From contig NC_009925.1 in the NCBI RefSeq assembly GCF_000018105.1, positions 5,220,001 through 5,252,000 on the forward strand: a stretch of 32,000 bases of DNA, written 5' to 3'. This DNA comes from Acaryochloris marina MBIC11017 (lineage in GTDB: Bacteria > Cyanobacteriota > Cyanobacteriia > Thermosynechococcales > Thermosynechococcaceae). The stretch's first letter is position 1; each line of letters opens with the position of its first letter. This document shows positions 17,723 through 26,268 of the stretch, one piece after another. The translations under genes were made by a program, and so were the position numbers. The notes under the pieces are model-generated. The model did no database searches. It saw nothing but the letters and a program-made list of their open reading frames with translations, and was not told the DNA's origin.

Positions 17723-18565
17723 ATGAAGAAGATCAAACCCTTTTCTATTTTGTTGCCAGGCGTGCTTCTACTGGGCAGCTGTGCCAATCTGCCATTTATC
17801 GGTGCCGAAGATATTCCGGTCCAAGCAGCCATAGACGCCAACAAGCCTTTTAGCAACGATGAATATGCCAAGCTGCTAGCGCAATACGTCACGGATGATG
17901 GCTGGGTCAATTATGAGGCACTCCAAGAAAATCGAGGCGAGCTGGATCGCTACTACGCTCAGTTGGCTGCCGTTACCCCAGATACTTACAAAGGCTGGGA
18001 CGAGAATCAGCAATTGGCATACCTGATGAATGCCTATAACGCCTTGACCTTACTCGCCATCATTGAGCAGGAACCTCTCAAAGCCAGTATTCGAGATATT
18101 CCAGGGGTCTGGAGTTCCAAGAAATTTCAGCTGGCAGGTGAATCCAAAACCCTAAACAATATCGAGCATGATATTATCCGCCCCACCTTCAATGAGCCTC
18201 GCATTCATGCAGCCCTAGTCTGTGCCGCCAAGAGCTGTCCTCCCCTGCGTAATGAACCTTTCACAGCCGAAAATGTGGATGCTCAATTAGAAGATCAGAC
18301 CAAAAGATGGCTCGCCCGTCCTGATAGTGGTTTTCGGATTGATCGACAAGAGAACAAAGTCTATCTGTCTAAAATCTTTGACTGGTATGGCGATGACTGG
18401 AAACCTGATTTTGCCGTTAAGGATCAGTTCGGTGGCGATGATAAGCAAAAAGCAGTCCTCAACTTTATTAGTAACTATGTCTCTGCCGAAGACAAAGCCT
18501 ATTTAAAAGCTGGCAAATATCAAGTCAGTTATCTAGGCTATGATTGGTCCCTCAATAAGCAATAA
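17723..18565 (+). CDS. DUF547-domain lipoprotein
   Basis: 280 aa. It has a lipoprotein-like signal (LLLGSC) and the DUF547-type core IHAALVCAAKSCPPL. GGAG lies ~10 nt upstream of the ATG. Confidence 0.7.
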   Translation: MKKIKPFSILLPGVLLLGSCANLPFIGAEDIPVQAAIDANKPFSNDEYAKLLAQYVTDDGWVNYEALQENRGELDRYYAQLAAVTPDTYKGWDENQQLAYLMNAYNALTLLAIIEQEPLKASIRDIPGVWSSKKFQLAGESKTLNNIEHDIIRPTFNEPRIHAALVCAAKSCPPLRNEPFTAENVDAQLEDQTKRWLARPDSGFRIDRQENKVYLSKIFDWYGDDWKPDFAVKDQFGGDDKQKAVLNFISNYVSAEDKAYLKAGKYQVSYLGYDWSLNKQ

Positions 18566-18570
18566 ACTCC

Positions 18571-19191
18571 ATGGAATACCCTGACCCTACCGTGGTTCAT
18601 CCTATGGCGGGGTTTCCGCAAATTTGCTTTATCAAAAATACGGTCACCAATCCCAACATCGTGATTGGTGACTACACCTATTATGATGACCCCATTGACT
18701 CCGAGAACTTTGAGCGCAACGTCCTCTATCACTTCCCTTTTGTTGGTGACAAGCTGATCATTGGCAGGTTCTGCGCTTTATCCCGAGGCATTCGGTTCAT
18801 CATGAATGGGGCAAACCATAAAATGTCCGGCTTTTCTACCTATCCTTTTGAGATCTTTGGCAAGGATTGGCAGCGGATCAATGAGTATCCCTACAAGGGA
18901 GATACCGTCATTGGTCATGATGTTTGGATTGGTTATGAGGCCGTGATCATGCCCGGAATCAAGATTGGCGATGGGGCCATCATCGCTGCTCAGTCTATGG
19001 TCACCAAAGAAGTTCCACCTTACACCATTGTGGGCGGTAATCCTGCCACTGTAATTCGCCAGCGTTTTCCCGATACAGTCATTCAAACATTGCTAGAGAT
19101 TGCCTGGTGGAATTGGGATATTGAAACCATCACAGCCAACCTGGAGAAAATTGTGGGTGCCGATATTGCTGCATTGCGAACATGTCGATAA
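18571..19191 (+). CDS. xenobiotic acetyltransferase (XAT) family, Vat/CatB-like hexapeptide-repeat O-acetyltransferase
   Basis: 206 aa. It shows IGDYTYYDD, FIMNGANHKMSGFSTYPF (the catalytic His region) and left-handed beta-helix repeats (IGHDVWIGYEAVIMPGIKIGDGAIIAA). It starts 6 nt after the DUF547 stop. Confidence 0.85.
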   Translation: MEYPDPTVVHPMAGFPQICFIKNTVTNPNIVIGDYTYYDDPIDSENFERNVLYHFPFVGDKLIIGRFCALSRGIRFIMNGANHKMSGFSTYPFEIFGKDWQRINEYPYKGDTVIGHDVWIGYEAVIMPGIKIGDGAIIAAQSMVTKEVPPYTIVGGNPATVIRQRFPDTVIQTLLEIAWWNWDIETITANLEKIVGADIAALRTCR

Positions 19192-19205
19192 TTCTCTACC
19201 TTTTG

Positions 19206-19229
19206 GGCATTGCTAGAAGGAATGCCTTT
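19206..19229 (+). terminator. weak hairpin plus TTT downstream of the XAT gene
   Basis: GGCATT-N9-AATGCC is followed by TTTA. The stem is only 6 bp. Confidence 0.25.
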
Positions 19230-19369
19230 AGCAGGGCATAAACGAATTAATGTCGATCGGGATTATCAGTATGGGGATTAATTTCGTTCCCATGCTTAAT
19301 ACCGAGCTGAACTAGAATTCCCGAAACAGATAGCTTTGCCCCATCCAAGAGAATTGAGAGAAATCAACC

Positions 19370-19978
19370 ATGCTTGATCGTCTTGTTCAGCCCCTGGTGC
19401 GGACGCAAGTCCAGCTATTAGCCCAAACTCACTCTGCTAGCCATAAACTCATTAGTATGATTTCTCAGTGGTTAGGGTATCTGGGCATTCAAGCTAGCGT
19501 GACTCATCTCAAAACGAGTAACGGGAAAGTTCAGATATCGCTCGTGGTGGATAAACCGGAACAATGCAGCGAAGACGAATGGCAAAAGATCCTGACCAAT
19601 ATCAATCAAAGTCGTGGTGCTCAGGTTGAGGCAGAACTCACTTATGCCAAGATGTCTAAAAGTCAACAAGGCAAGGTCCATCGCCTATTAGCCTATGTTA
19701 TTCGGGCAGGCAGCCCTGATCCGACCTTTATTGGCCACGCGCTAAAGCCCCGTTTAGTCTCCATGGGTTTGGAGGAAGGGATGGTCCTCCAGATACAATC
19801 TGCCCTAAAAGTTCCTGTGGTCATTGAACCTTTATTAGAAGACTTAGAGCCTGATATTGCCGCTTTTGTCTTATCCAAAGCCATTACGATTGCCTTAATC
19901 GATCAAAAAATTAGCCAAGACGAAGATAGTATTCTCAAGGCTATCTATCGAGTGCTCGAGCATAAAGCAAAAGTGTAA
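19370..19978 (+). CDS. hypothetical protein
   Basis: 202-aa ORF with protein-like composition. I recognise no family. Confidence 0.5.
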   Translation: MLDRLVQPLVRTQVQLLAQTHSASHKLISMISQWLGYLGIQASVTHLKTSNGKVQISLVVDKPEQCSEDEWQKILTNINQSRGAQVEAELTYAKMSKSQQGKVHRLLAYVIRAGSPDPTFIGHALKPRLVSMGLEEGMVLQIQSALKVPVVIEPLLEDLEPDIAAFVLSKAITIALIDQKISQDEDSILKAIYRVLEHKAKV

Positions 19979-20047
19979 TGCCCTGGGTCTGTGCTTTAAC
20001 TGAGATGTTGCACCAAGGGTCTCACCTATGAGAAAAGGGCGTGCAGT

Positions 20048-21005
20048 TATAGCAGTCGCCATATTGAGAAGGACTTAAACTAGAGAAGTTATTCATTCCT
20101 TCTGTTTTGTGATGCCCAAAATTTATAGTTACGACCTACGTTGCAAAGTGATAGATGCGATTGAGCTAGATGGGATGCGCCCTTCAGAAGCGAGTGAACT
20201 GTTCCATATCAGTCGTAACACGATTAACCAATGGCAACACCTCAAGGCGGAAACAGGTGATTTGCATCCCAGGCCAGTCCATCATCCTGGCCATAGCCAT
20301 AAAATCACAGACTGGAACAAGTTTCGAGCATTTGCCCACAAGCATCGGCATAAAACCCAAGCTCAGATGGCCCAACTATGGGATGGAGAGATTAGTGATC
20401 GAACCATCTCAAGAGCTCTCCAGAAAATTGGATTTACTCGAAAAAAAAACGTATGGGTACCGAGAACGAGATGAGCACAAACGGGCAGAGTTCATCAAAC
20501 GTCTAAGTACCGTAGATCCAGACGATATCGTCTATGCAGATGAGTCGGGCATGGAGCATCGAGACGAGTATGACTACGCTTACGGTCCCAAAGGTGAGCG
20601 GGCTTATGCCTTGAAATCTGGCCGTAGAAGTGGTCGAGTCAATATGATTGCGGCGTTGAGAGCCAAGCAATTAATGGCGCCGTTCACGATCGAAGGGGCT
20701 TGCAATCGAACCGTATTTGAAATTTGGCTAGAGCGTTGCTTGATACCTATGCTCAAACCTGGGCAGAAGCTGGTGATTGATAATGCTACCTTTCACAAGG
20801 GAGGACAAATACAGGAATTAGTGGAAGCAGCAGGCTGTGAGGTTTGGTATTTACCGCCTTATTCTCCTGACTTGAACAAGATTGAGCGGTCTTGGTCTTG
20901 GATTAAAAGTCGCATCCGCCACCAATTAGACCATTTTGGGTCTCTCAGAGAAGCAATGGAACATGTCCTGCATCTAGCGTCCTGAATAGTATGGCGACTG
21001 CTATA
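20048..21005 (+). mobile_element. IS630-family insertion sequence
   Basis: A perfect 16-bp terminal inverted repeat is present: TATAGCAGTCGCCATA (20048-20063) and TATGGCGACTGCTATA (20990-21005). TA/TATA is present at both junctions, consistent with TA target duplication. The transposase is encoded in two frames. Confidence 0.85.
20109..20985 (+). CDS. IS630-family DDE transposase split over two frames at an A9 run
   Basis: The first frame (20109-20474) encodes the HTH part. The second frame (from ~20443 to 20985) encodes the DDE part (YADESG, VIDNATFHK, PPYSPDLNKIE). The frames switch at AAAAAAAAA (20441-20449). A run of A8 or A11 would give one continuous ORF. Confidence 0.8.
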
Positions 21006-22399
21006 TCCCTCTTTTATCACTTTAGACAGAGAGAAAATCAGGATGCTTGAGCAATTTCCTCACCAGTGGACAGCAAAATGCCTCCATCTTTGATGTGAGT
21101 TGCTCAAACCCCTTTTTCAAAGCACGGCTGGGAAAGACTTCTAACCAGCGCTTTAGAAGATTCCAACTGATTAACGGTTGAATGATCAAGCGCACATTAT
21201 TGAGCAGATTCTTCCACCCGTTTTGGTTATCCCACCAAGGATGCTGCGCAAAGTGTTGATGTGCCACTGGACAAGAGTCATTGAAGACATCAGCGAACAA
21301 ACTCACCATCAAGAAAGCGCTCATCACTATCTCCCACCACTTTTCAATTTGTTCGTAGTGCGTCATGCGAAAATCAGCCCAACCCAAGGTATCTTTAGAC
21401 TGTTTGAGACCATACTCAATCCAAGTTCTGAAGCCATAGCAATCCCCAATTTCATCCAGCTTGATCTCGGGTGCCGCTGCCATGACATAAGAGGTTGAGT
21501 TCTCTGGTAGCGTTTGGGGGTCCGTGGTTAATAGCCAATAGCGCTTCTGGTGGTGTCGCTGGCCATAAATGATCTCTTGCCTGTAACGAGTTTCAGTGGT
21601 GCCATTGCTGAAGGTTCGTTCAAATGACTGCCACGGTTCGGCAAAGACTGCTTGTTCTGCGGGTAACCACACCGCATGATTGCTACGAATCGCTAGGATA
21701 TAGGGCAGCTTTAACTCCTCTAAGACATTCACAAAGTTTGTTTGAGCTTCCCCATACAAGCTGTCAGCCAGGACGAGCTCAAAGCAAAAGCCCATCCCTT
21801 GCAACTGTCGGATCATTCCAGCAGCAATTTGGGGTTTGCTGAGATACTCATCCTCCTCTTTAAGACGTTCTCGGGGTTTGTACACTTCAAAGGACAAAGG
21901 CAAAATCATCCCTTGAAACAGCCCGTAGGCAGTGACTGCGACGATGCCATTCTCTTTCTTGCCCACATTGCCGATATACTGCCGTTTCACATAGTCGGTA
22001 CTCTTGCCTTTTTTGCAATCGCCCGTCTCATCGATCAATAGAATTAACCTGCGCCCATCCAGTATTTTCAAGATGATGTCCAATCTCTTGTCAGACAAAT
22101 GTGACGCTACCCAAGGTGATTCACTCAGAAAATGATGCAGGCTTTGATGGTTCTCCAAGCCCACTGCTCTTGCAATGGCGGGCAATGATTTACGTTTGAT
22201 ATCACTAATCATCCCCAGATGGAGATGCTTGAAGGCTTCATAACTGCGGACTTGGGGAAATAACTCTGCAAATAGTTGGCAGTACTCATCAACAAAGCCA
22301 ATGGTTGGTTCTGGACTTCTTGAAGCTGACATCACTCATTAGAAAAATAGAAACTGAGAATAGTCTATTTTTTATCTGTCTAAAGTGATAAAAGAGGGA
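21006..22399 (-). mobile_element. IS701-like insertion sequence
   Basis: A perfect 25-bp terminal inverted repeat is present: TCCCTCTTTTATCACTTTAGACAGA (21006-21030) and its exact reverse complement at 22375-22399. The element is 1394 bp and contains a single transposase ORF. Confidence 0.85.
21022..22335 (-). CDS. IS701-family DDE transposase
   Basis: 437 aa. The N-terminal region (YEAFKHLHLGMISDIKRKSLPAIA) is typical of IS701-type transposases. Candidate DDE residues lie in LLIDETGD, LVLADSLYG and TWIEYGLKQSK. The stop codon lies inside the terminal repeat. Confidence 0.85.
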   Translation of the reverse strand: MMSASRSPEPTIGFVDEYCQLFAELFPQVRSYEAFKHLHLGMISDIKRKSLPAIARAVGLENHQSLHHFLSESPWVASHLSDKRLDIILKILDGRRLILLIDETGDCKKGKSTDYVKRQYIGNVGKKENGIVAVTAYGLFQGMILPLSFEVYKPRERLKEEDEYLSKPQIAAGMIRQLQGMGFCFELVLADSLYGEAQTNFVNVLEELKLPYILAIRSNHAVWLPAEQAVFAEPWQSFERTFSNGTTETRYRQEIIYGQRHHQKRYWLLTTDPQTLPENSTSYVMAAAPEIKLDEIGDCYGFRTWIEYGLKQSKDTLGWADFRMTHYEQIEKWWEIVMSAFLMVSLFADVFNDSCPVAHQHFAQHPWWDNQNGWKNLLNNVRLIIQPLISWNLLKRWLEVFPSRALKKGFEQLTSKMEAFCCPLVRKLLKHPDFLSV

Positions 22400-22414
22400 T
22401 ATATAGAAACAAGC

Positions 22415-23533
22415 ATGCCAAAACACATCCTTGCCCATGCCCAAGGGCTAGTCTACACTTTGCTCCATCTGATGCCGAGTCCCTATCAGCAAGAGACCTT
22501 ACAAGCCTTATTGGAGTTGTTTTTAGAAGCAACTGGTCAATCTTTATCTGCTCATAGCAAAGTTAAATCTGCCAGTGCCATCAGTCGATTTCTCAATCAG
22601 TATCAATGGCCCACTCGTCAAGTGATTCGTGCGGTACGTCAAGCAGCCATTGAGCAACTATTGAAGGTCAGGATGCCAGGACGTCAGCCCTACTTACAAG
22701 TGATTCTAGACCTAACCACCCTAGAGAAAACAGGCAAGTTCAAAACCATGCCAGGTTTGATTCGGGTGTATCACGGCAAACGAGGTCTGCATCTGGTCGT
22801 GATGTATCTAGTTGTGGGGAAATGGCGCTTGCCTTGGAACTTTAGGGTCTATCGAGGGAAAGACACGCCTTCTCCTGCTCAATTAGGACTACAGTTGCTT
22901 CGGCGATTACCACAACCGTTGGCTCAAGGGTTTCAAGTGTTGGTGTTAGCTGATACAGGCTTTGGCAGCATTGACTTTCTAGAAGGAACCAAACAACTGG
23001 GATATCCCACCATTGTGGGGGTTCGTAAAGACCGAAAACAACAAGCAGGGGGACCCATTTCTCAACTGTCTCAGCGAGGGCAGCAGACGCACTTAGTCGG
23101 TTTGAGGTTTCCGGTTTGGGTGTCTTGGTTTTGGCTTAAGCGAGAGAATAGCCAGCGGGAACTTCGGTATGTGCTTTCCACGAAGCCTTGGAAGGGTAGC
23201 ACGATTACTAGATGGGGGAAACGACGATGGCAAATTGAGGGATGGTTCAAGACGGCCAAACATCGGTTTAGCTTAGATCGATTTGCCCAAGGGACATTGA
23301 CAGGAGTGTATCGCTGGTTGGTATTGTCAATGATTGCCTATTTGTTAGCTCATTGGGCCTATCTCACCACTGCTATGTCAGGGTTACCGGTCTGGGGACA
23401 AGCTGCTCGGCTAGCGATGGAGTTATGGTTCCCCCATCTACTGGTGATGACGTTGATTGCGGATGTCGAACAACTTAGACCTCGCATGCAGCAACTGGGA
23501 CTGGACCTCCATTTATCTTGGTGCAAGATATGA
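22415..23533 (+). CDS. IS4-family DDE transposase
   Basis: 372 aa from ATG 22415. Candidate DDE residues lie in VILDLTTLEK, VLVLADTGFGS and RRWQIEGWFKTAK (R-x3-E-x6-K). The ORF-track start at GTG 22385 lies inside the IS701-like terminal repeat and is rejected. Confidence 0.8.
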   Translation: MPKHILAHAQGLVYTLLHLMPSPYQQETLQALLELFLEATGQSLSAHSKVKSASAISRFLNQYQWPTRQVIRAVRQAAIEQLLKVRMPGRQPYLQVILDLTTLEKTGKFKTMPGLIRVYHGKRGLHLVVMYLVVGKWRLPWNFRVYRGKDTPSPAQLGLQLLRRLPQPLAQGFQVLVLADTGFGSIDFLEGTKQLGYPTIVGVRKDRKQQAGGPISQLSQRGQQTHLVGLRFPVWVSWFWLKRENSQRELRYVLSTKPWKGSTITRWGKRRWQIEGWFKTAKHRFSLDRFAQGTLTGVYRWLVLSMIAYLLAHWAYLTTAMSGLPVWGQAARLAMELWFPHLLVMTLIADVEQLRPRMQQLGLDLHLSWCKI

Positions 23534-23554
23534 GTTAAGCCTTGCATCTAACAT

Positions 23555-24238
23555 TCACCCCCTAGCCGCCTGACTTTTTCGACGTTGCAACCATCCGGTG
23601 ATGATAGCCAACGAGAAAATCCCCAAAACTGCCCCTACGGCTAACAATTGACCATTGCCCTCAGCAAATAAGCCCGCACCTATGGCGACAACAGGAGTGT
23701 TGTGAATGGTTATACCAATCAGCAGTGCAGGGATAAACTGTACCCACCTGGTTGTCGTTAACCCAACGCCATAGCTGACAAAATCAAATACCCCTGTCAT
23801 TAAAAACCCCATTAGGAGAAAGAAGTTAGTCTCCAAATGCCGTTGGCTGACTTTGTCAACTTTATCCATAAACTTGGTTCCAACAAGCTTTTCCACCAAA
23901 TTTCGGCCAAATTTTTTCGCTAGGAAAAACGCCAGGCTACAAGCAATGACATCTGCCAAAACAACCGTAATTAATGCTGTCCAGAAGTTAGCTAAAACAC
24001 TCCCTGCCAACAGAGACCAGGCCGTACTAGGTAAAGCTGGAATCACCACGCTGATAAAGCGGAGGGCAAAAATGCCGATCGGTGCCCAGACGCCCATATG
24101 GGCGACATTGGCCCGAATTCTCTCCATCCCATATTGTTGGATGAGCCAGATTAAGCCCACCACAACCCCGATAATCAAAAGGAATTTAAGCAGTCTGCGC
24201 AGAGTTCTAGTCATGGCAATGAAGATTGAGATTGCCAA
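23555..24238 (-). CDS. TVP38/TMEM64 (DedA-superfamily) membrane protein
   Basis: 227-aa polytopic ORF with family-like segments (PALPSTAWSLLAGSV, FFLAKKFGRNLVEK). The internal Met at 24214 is an alternative start. Confidence 0.7.
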   Translation of the reverse strand: MAISIFIAMTRTLRRLLKFLLIIGVVVGLIWLIQQYGMERIRANVAHMGVWAPIGIFALRFISVVIPALPSTAWSLLAGSVLANFWTALITVVLADVIACSLAFFLAKKFGRNLVEKLVGTKFMDKVDKVSQRHLETNFFLLMGFLMTGVFDFVSYGVGLTTTRWVQFIPALLIGITIHNTPVVAIGAGLFAEGNGQLLAVGAVLGIFSLAIITGWLQRRKSQAARG

Positions 24239-24434
24239 TAGTTTAAAATAGTTTGCTTAATTATTGCTTAATATTTCATCCTAAAGAAGCTCTACCGTTA
24301 GCCCACTACTCTTCACCAAGGAACAATGAGGGTAACGTGATGCAGGTTCACTCTATGGACGAGTGGGCCAGGCACTCACAGCATCGCCGCCCCGAAAACA
24401 TTTTCCTCTTCTCAGCGGGGAATAACTGAATCCA

Positions 24435-26186
24435 TTAAATCCCTCGGGTTACAATCATCAGCTGGTCTTGATTGCTGATAAGCCAACCTCGCACCTGGTC
24501 CGTTGAAAAGGTTTCAGTTCTAGCTTTACCTTTATCATCGATGAGTCTCTTGAGGGTCGCCTGGGAGGCTTGGATATCTTTTTGACGACTGCCTTGCAAA
24601 ATCCGGTTGAAGCGGGCTGCGATCAATTCATCATCCACATTGCTGCGGTCAAAGGTTTCAGCTGTTTGCAGAACCTTATTTGACTTACATCCATACATCA
24701 CTTCCATCGTCATACCGGGCGCAATTTCGTACTGCTCAAACCAAGGGTCATACCAAGATTTGGGATCAGCAACTAAATCCGCATCCGTGGGTTGCCGATG
24801 GATGGGCCAGTTGGATCGGTAAGTCTGGATGGGGGAGTGGCCAAATTTCGTTTGTACTTTATCCTGTTGAGTCTTGGTGTCCACTTCTGATAAGTAGGAG
24901 ACGCCAAGCCCTGCCAAACTTCGCTTTGCTTTACCAGGAGGCTTCTCCAAATTAATTACATCCAACTGTTGATCGATGGGTTGCCCCAGCTCTAGGTGGA
25001 CGAGATTCGCAACTTTTTCGCGGGCATCCTGGGCATGTTTCGAGGTGGTGGGCACATTCAATAGGGTACGGATGGCCCCCAGCTCATGCCCCTGCCCGGA
25101 GAAGGTATTGGCCGCTTGTACCAAAGGCGTGCCCGTATCTCTGGTCTGATCGGGGTTGGCCGTTACAGCTTGAGGGCCTAACCCTTGGAAACCGAGGGCG
25201 ATCGCAAATCCAATACCGCCTGCCACTAGAGAGGTCATCACTACAGAGGGGGAAAGCGCCAGGGTCTGACGCGTAGGTGCAGTCGCGGGCTCAGCAAGCT
25301 CAGGCTCAACCTGATCTAATATTGTGGGTCGTTCATGAATCGTTCGCTCAGAAATCAGCGTGGCAGCGGCACTCGCATTCTGGAGGGTCAACGCATCGAG
25401 CATCTCAGCCGCAGTACTAAACCGATCATGGGGGCTAAATTCCGTCGCTTTGTCCAAAATTTTTGCTAAATGATCACTGACATGGGGCGCATATTGTCGC
25501 CATTTAAACTGCCCCGTATCATAGTCGGACTCCATCTCCACCGGTAGCTTTGCCGTCAGAGCATAGATGGCCGTCATCCCCAAGCTATACAAATCGCTGG
25601 CATAGACCGTTCGTTGGGCCGCCTGCTCAGGGGCCATAAACCCTTCAGTTCCGATGATCACGGAATCTACAACACTTCCCGAAAAGCTGATCCGGGTTTT
25701 GAGATGCCGCTTCATGGAGCCAAAGTCGATTAGCACAGGGCGACTATCCACCTGCCGCAGAATCAAGTTATCTGGCTTAATATCCCGATGAATGACTTTA
25801 AAATTTTGCAGATATTCCAGAACCGGAAGCACTCGGAGCAGCATCTGTTGAACTTCTTCTGCCGAGAGCTGTCCCAACGCTCGAACTTTTTCGCCTAAGG
25901 TGGGTCCATCAACCCATTCCTGGATCAGGAATAAGCGATTCTCTTGCTCAAAATAGCCATACAGCTGAGGAATTTGATCATGCTTCAGTTGTTCAAGAAC
26001 CGCCGCTTCCTCCTTGAATTTCTTGAGCGCAATCTCATAGCAGCTCTGGTTAGGCACCTCCGGCTGTAATTGCTTCACCACACAGTGACGCCGCGACAGC
26101 ATATGGGTATCTTCTGCCAAGTACGTTGCGCCAAAACCACCTTTGGCGAGTTGTTTTAAGATTCGGAAGCGATTGTTCAATAGCAT
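24435..26186 (-). CDS. Hanks-type Ser/Thr protein kinase with one TM helix and an uncharacterised extracytoplasmic C-terminal domain
   Basis: 583 aa. Motifs seen: GGFGATY glycine loop, VVKQL, HRDIKPDN, DFG and APE. A TM segment lies at about aa 313-335. The C-terminal ~245 aa match no family I recognise. Confidence 0.88.
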   Translation of the reverse strand: MLLNNRFRILKQLAKGGFGATYLAEDTHMLSRRHCVVKQLQPEVPNQSCYEIALKKFKEEAAVLEQLKHDQIPQLYGYFEQENRLFLIQEWVDGPTLGEKVRALGQLSAEEVQQMLLRVLPVLEYLQNFKVIHRDIKPDNLILRQVDSRPVLIDFGSMKRHLKTRISFSGSVVDSVIIGTEGFMAPEQAAQRTVYASDLYSLGMTAIYALTAKLPVEMESDYDTGQFKWRQYAPHVSDHLAKILDKATEFSPHDRFSTAAEMLDALTLQNASAAATLISERTIHERPTILDQVEPELAEPATAPTRQTLALSPSVVMTSLVAGGIGFAIALGFQGLGPQAVTANPDQTRDTGTPLVQAANTFSGQGHELGAIRTLLNVPTTSKHAQDAREKVANLVHLELGQPIDQQLDVINLEKPPGKAKRSLAGLGVSYLSEVDTKTQQDKVQTKFGHSPIQTYRSNWPIHRQPTDADLVADPKSWYDPWFEQYEIAPGMTMEVMYGCKSNKVLQTAETFDRSNVDDELIAARFNRILQGSRQKDIQASQATLKRLIDDKGKARTETFSTDQVRGWLISNQDQLMIVTRGI

Positions 26187-26237
26187 GGGAGAGCTCCAGA
26201 GTAGGCCATTCTTTGAGGGGTTGTTCGTGGCCGATAC

Positions 26238-26268
26238 CCAAAGGCTGAATAAAAATCTCAGCCTTTGG
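26238..26268. other. perfect 11-bp-stem hairpin (CCAAAGGCTGA-N9-TCAGCCTTTGG)
   Basis: Read directly from the sequence. It lies ~52 nt upstream of the kinase start codon, inside a 445-bp region without a credible ORF. There is no U-tract on either strand. Confidence 0.35.

Larger units (their letters stand above)
19993..23541 (+). mobile_element. IS4-like insertion sequence whose left arm is interrupted by two other IS elements
   Basis: An imperfect terminal inverted repeat is present. GCTTTAACTGAGATGTTGCACCAAG (19993-20017) matches the reverse complement of CTTGGTGCAAGATATGAGTTAAGCC (23517-23541) at 20 of 25 positions. The transposase ORF lies at 22415-23533. Without the two insertions the element would be ~1.2 kb. 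Confidence 0.6.

Noticed and set aside
20170-20442. The upstream part of the 271-aa ORF (20170-20985) as an independent protein start.
   Set aside because: This part overlaps the HTH-encoding frame of the IS630 transposase and has no transposase similarity. The DDE frame becomes meaningful only after the A9 run.
22385-22414. GTG 22385 as the start of the IS4-like transposase.
   Set aside because: The first 10 codons lie within the terminal inverted repeat of the neighbouring IS701-like element and its junction. ATG 22415 is the first start inside IS4-like sequence.
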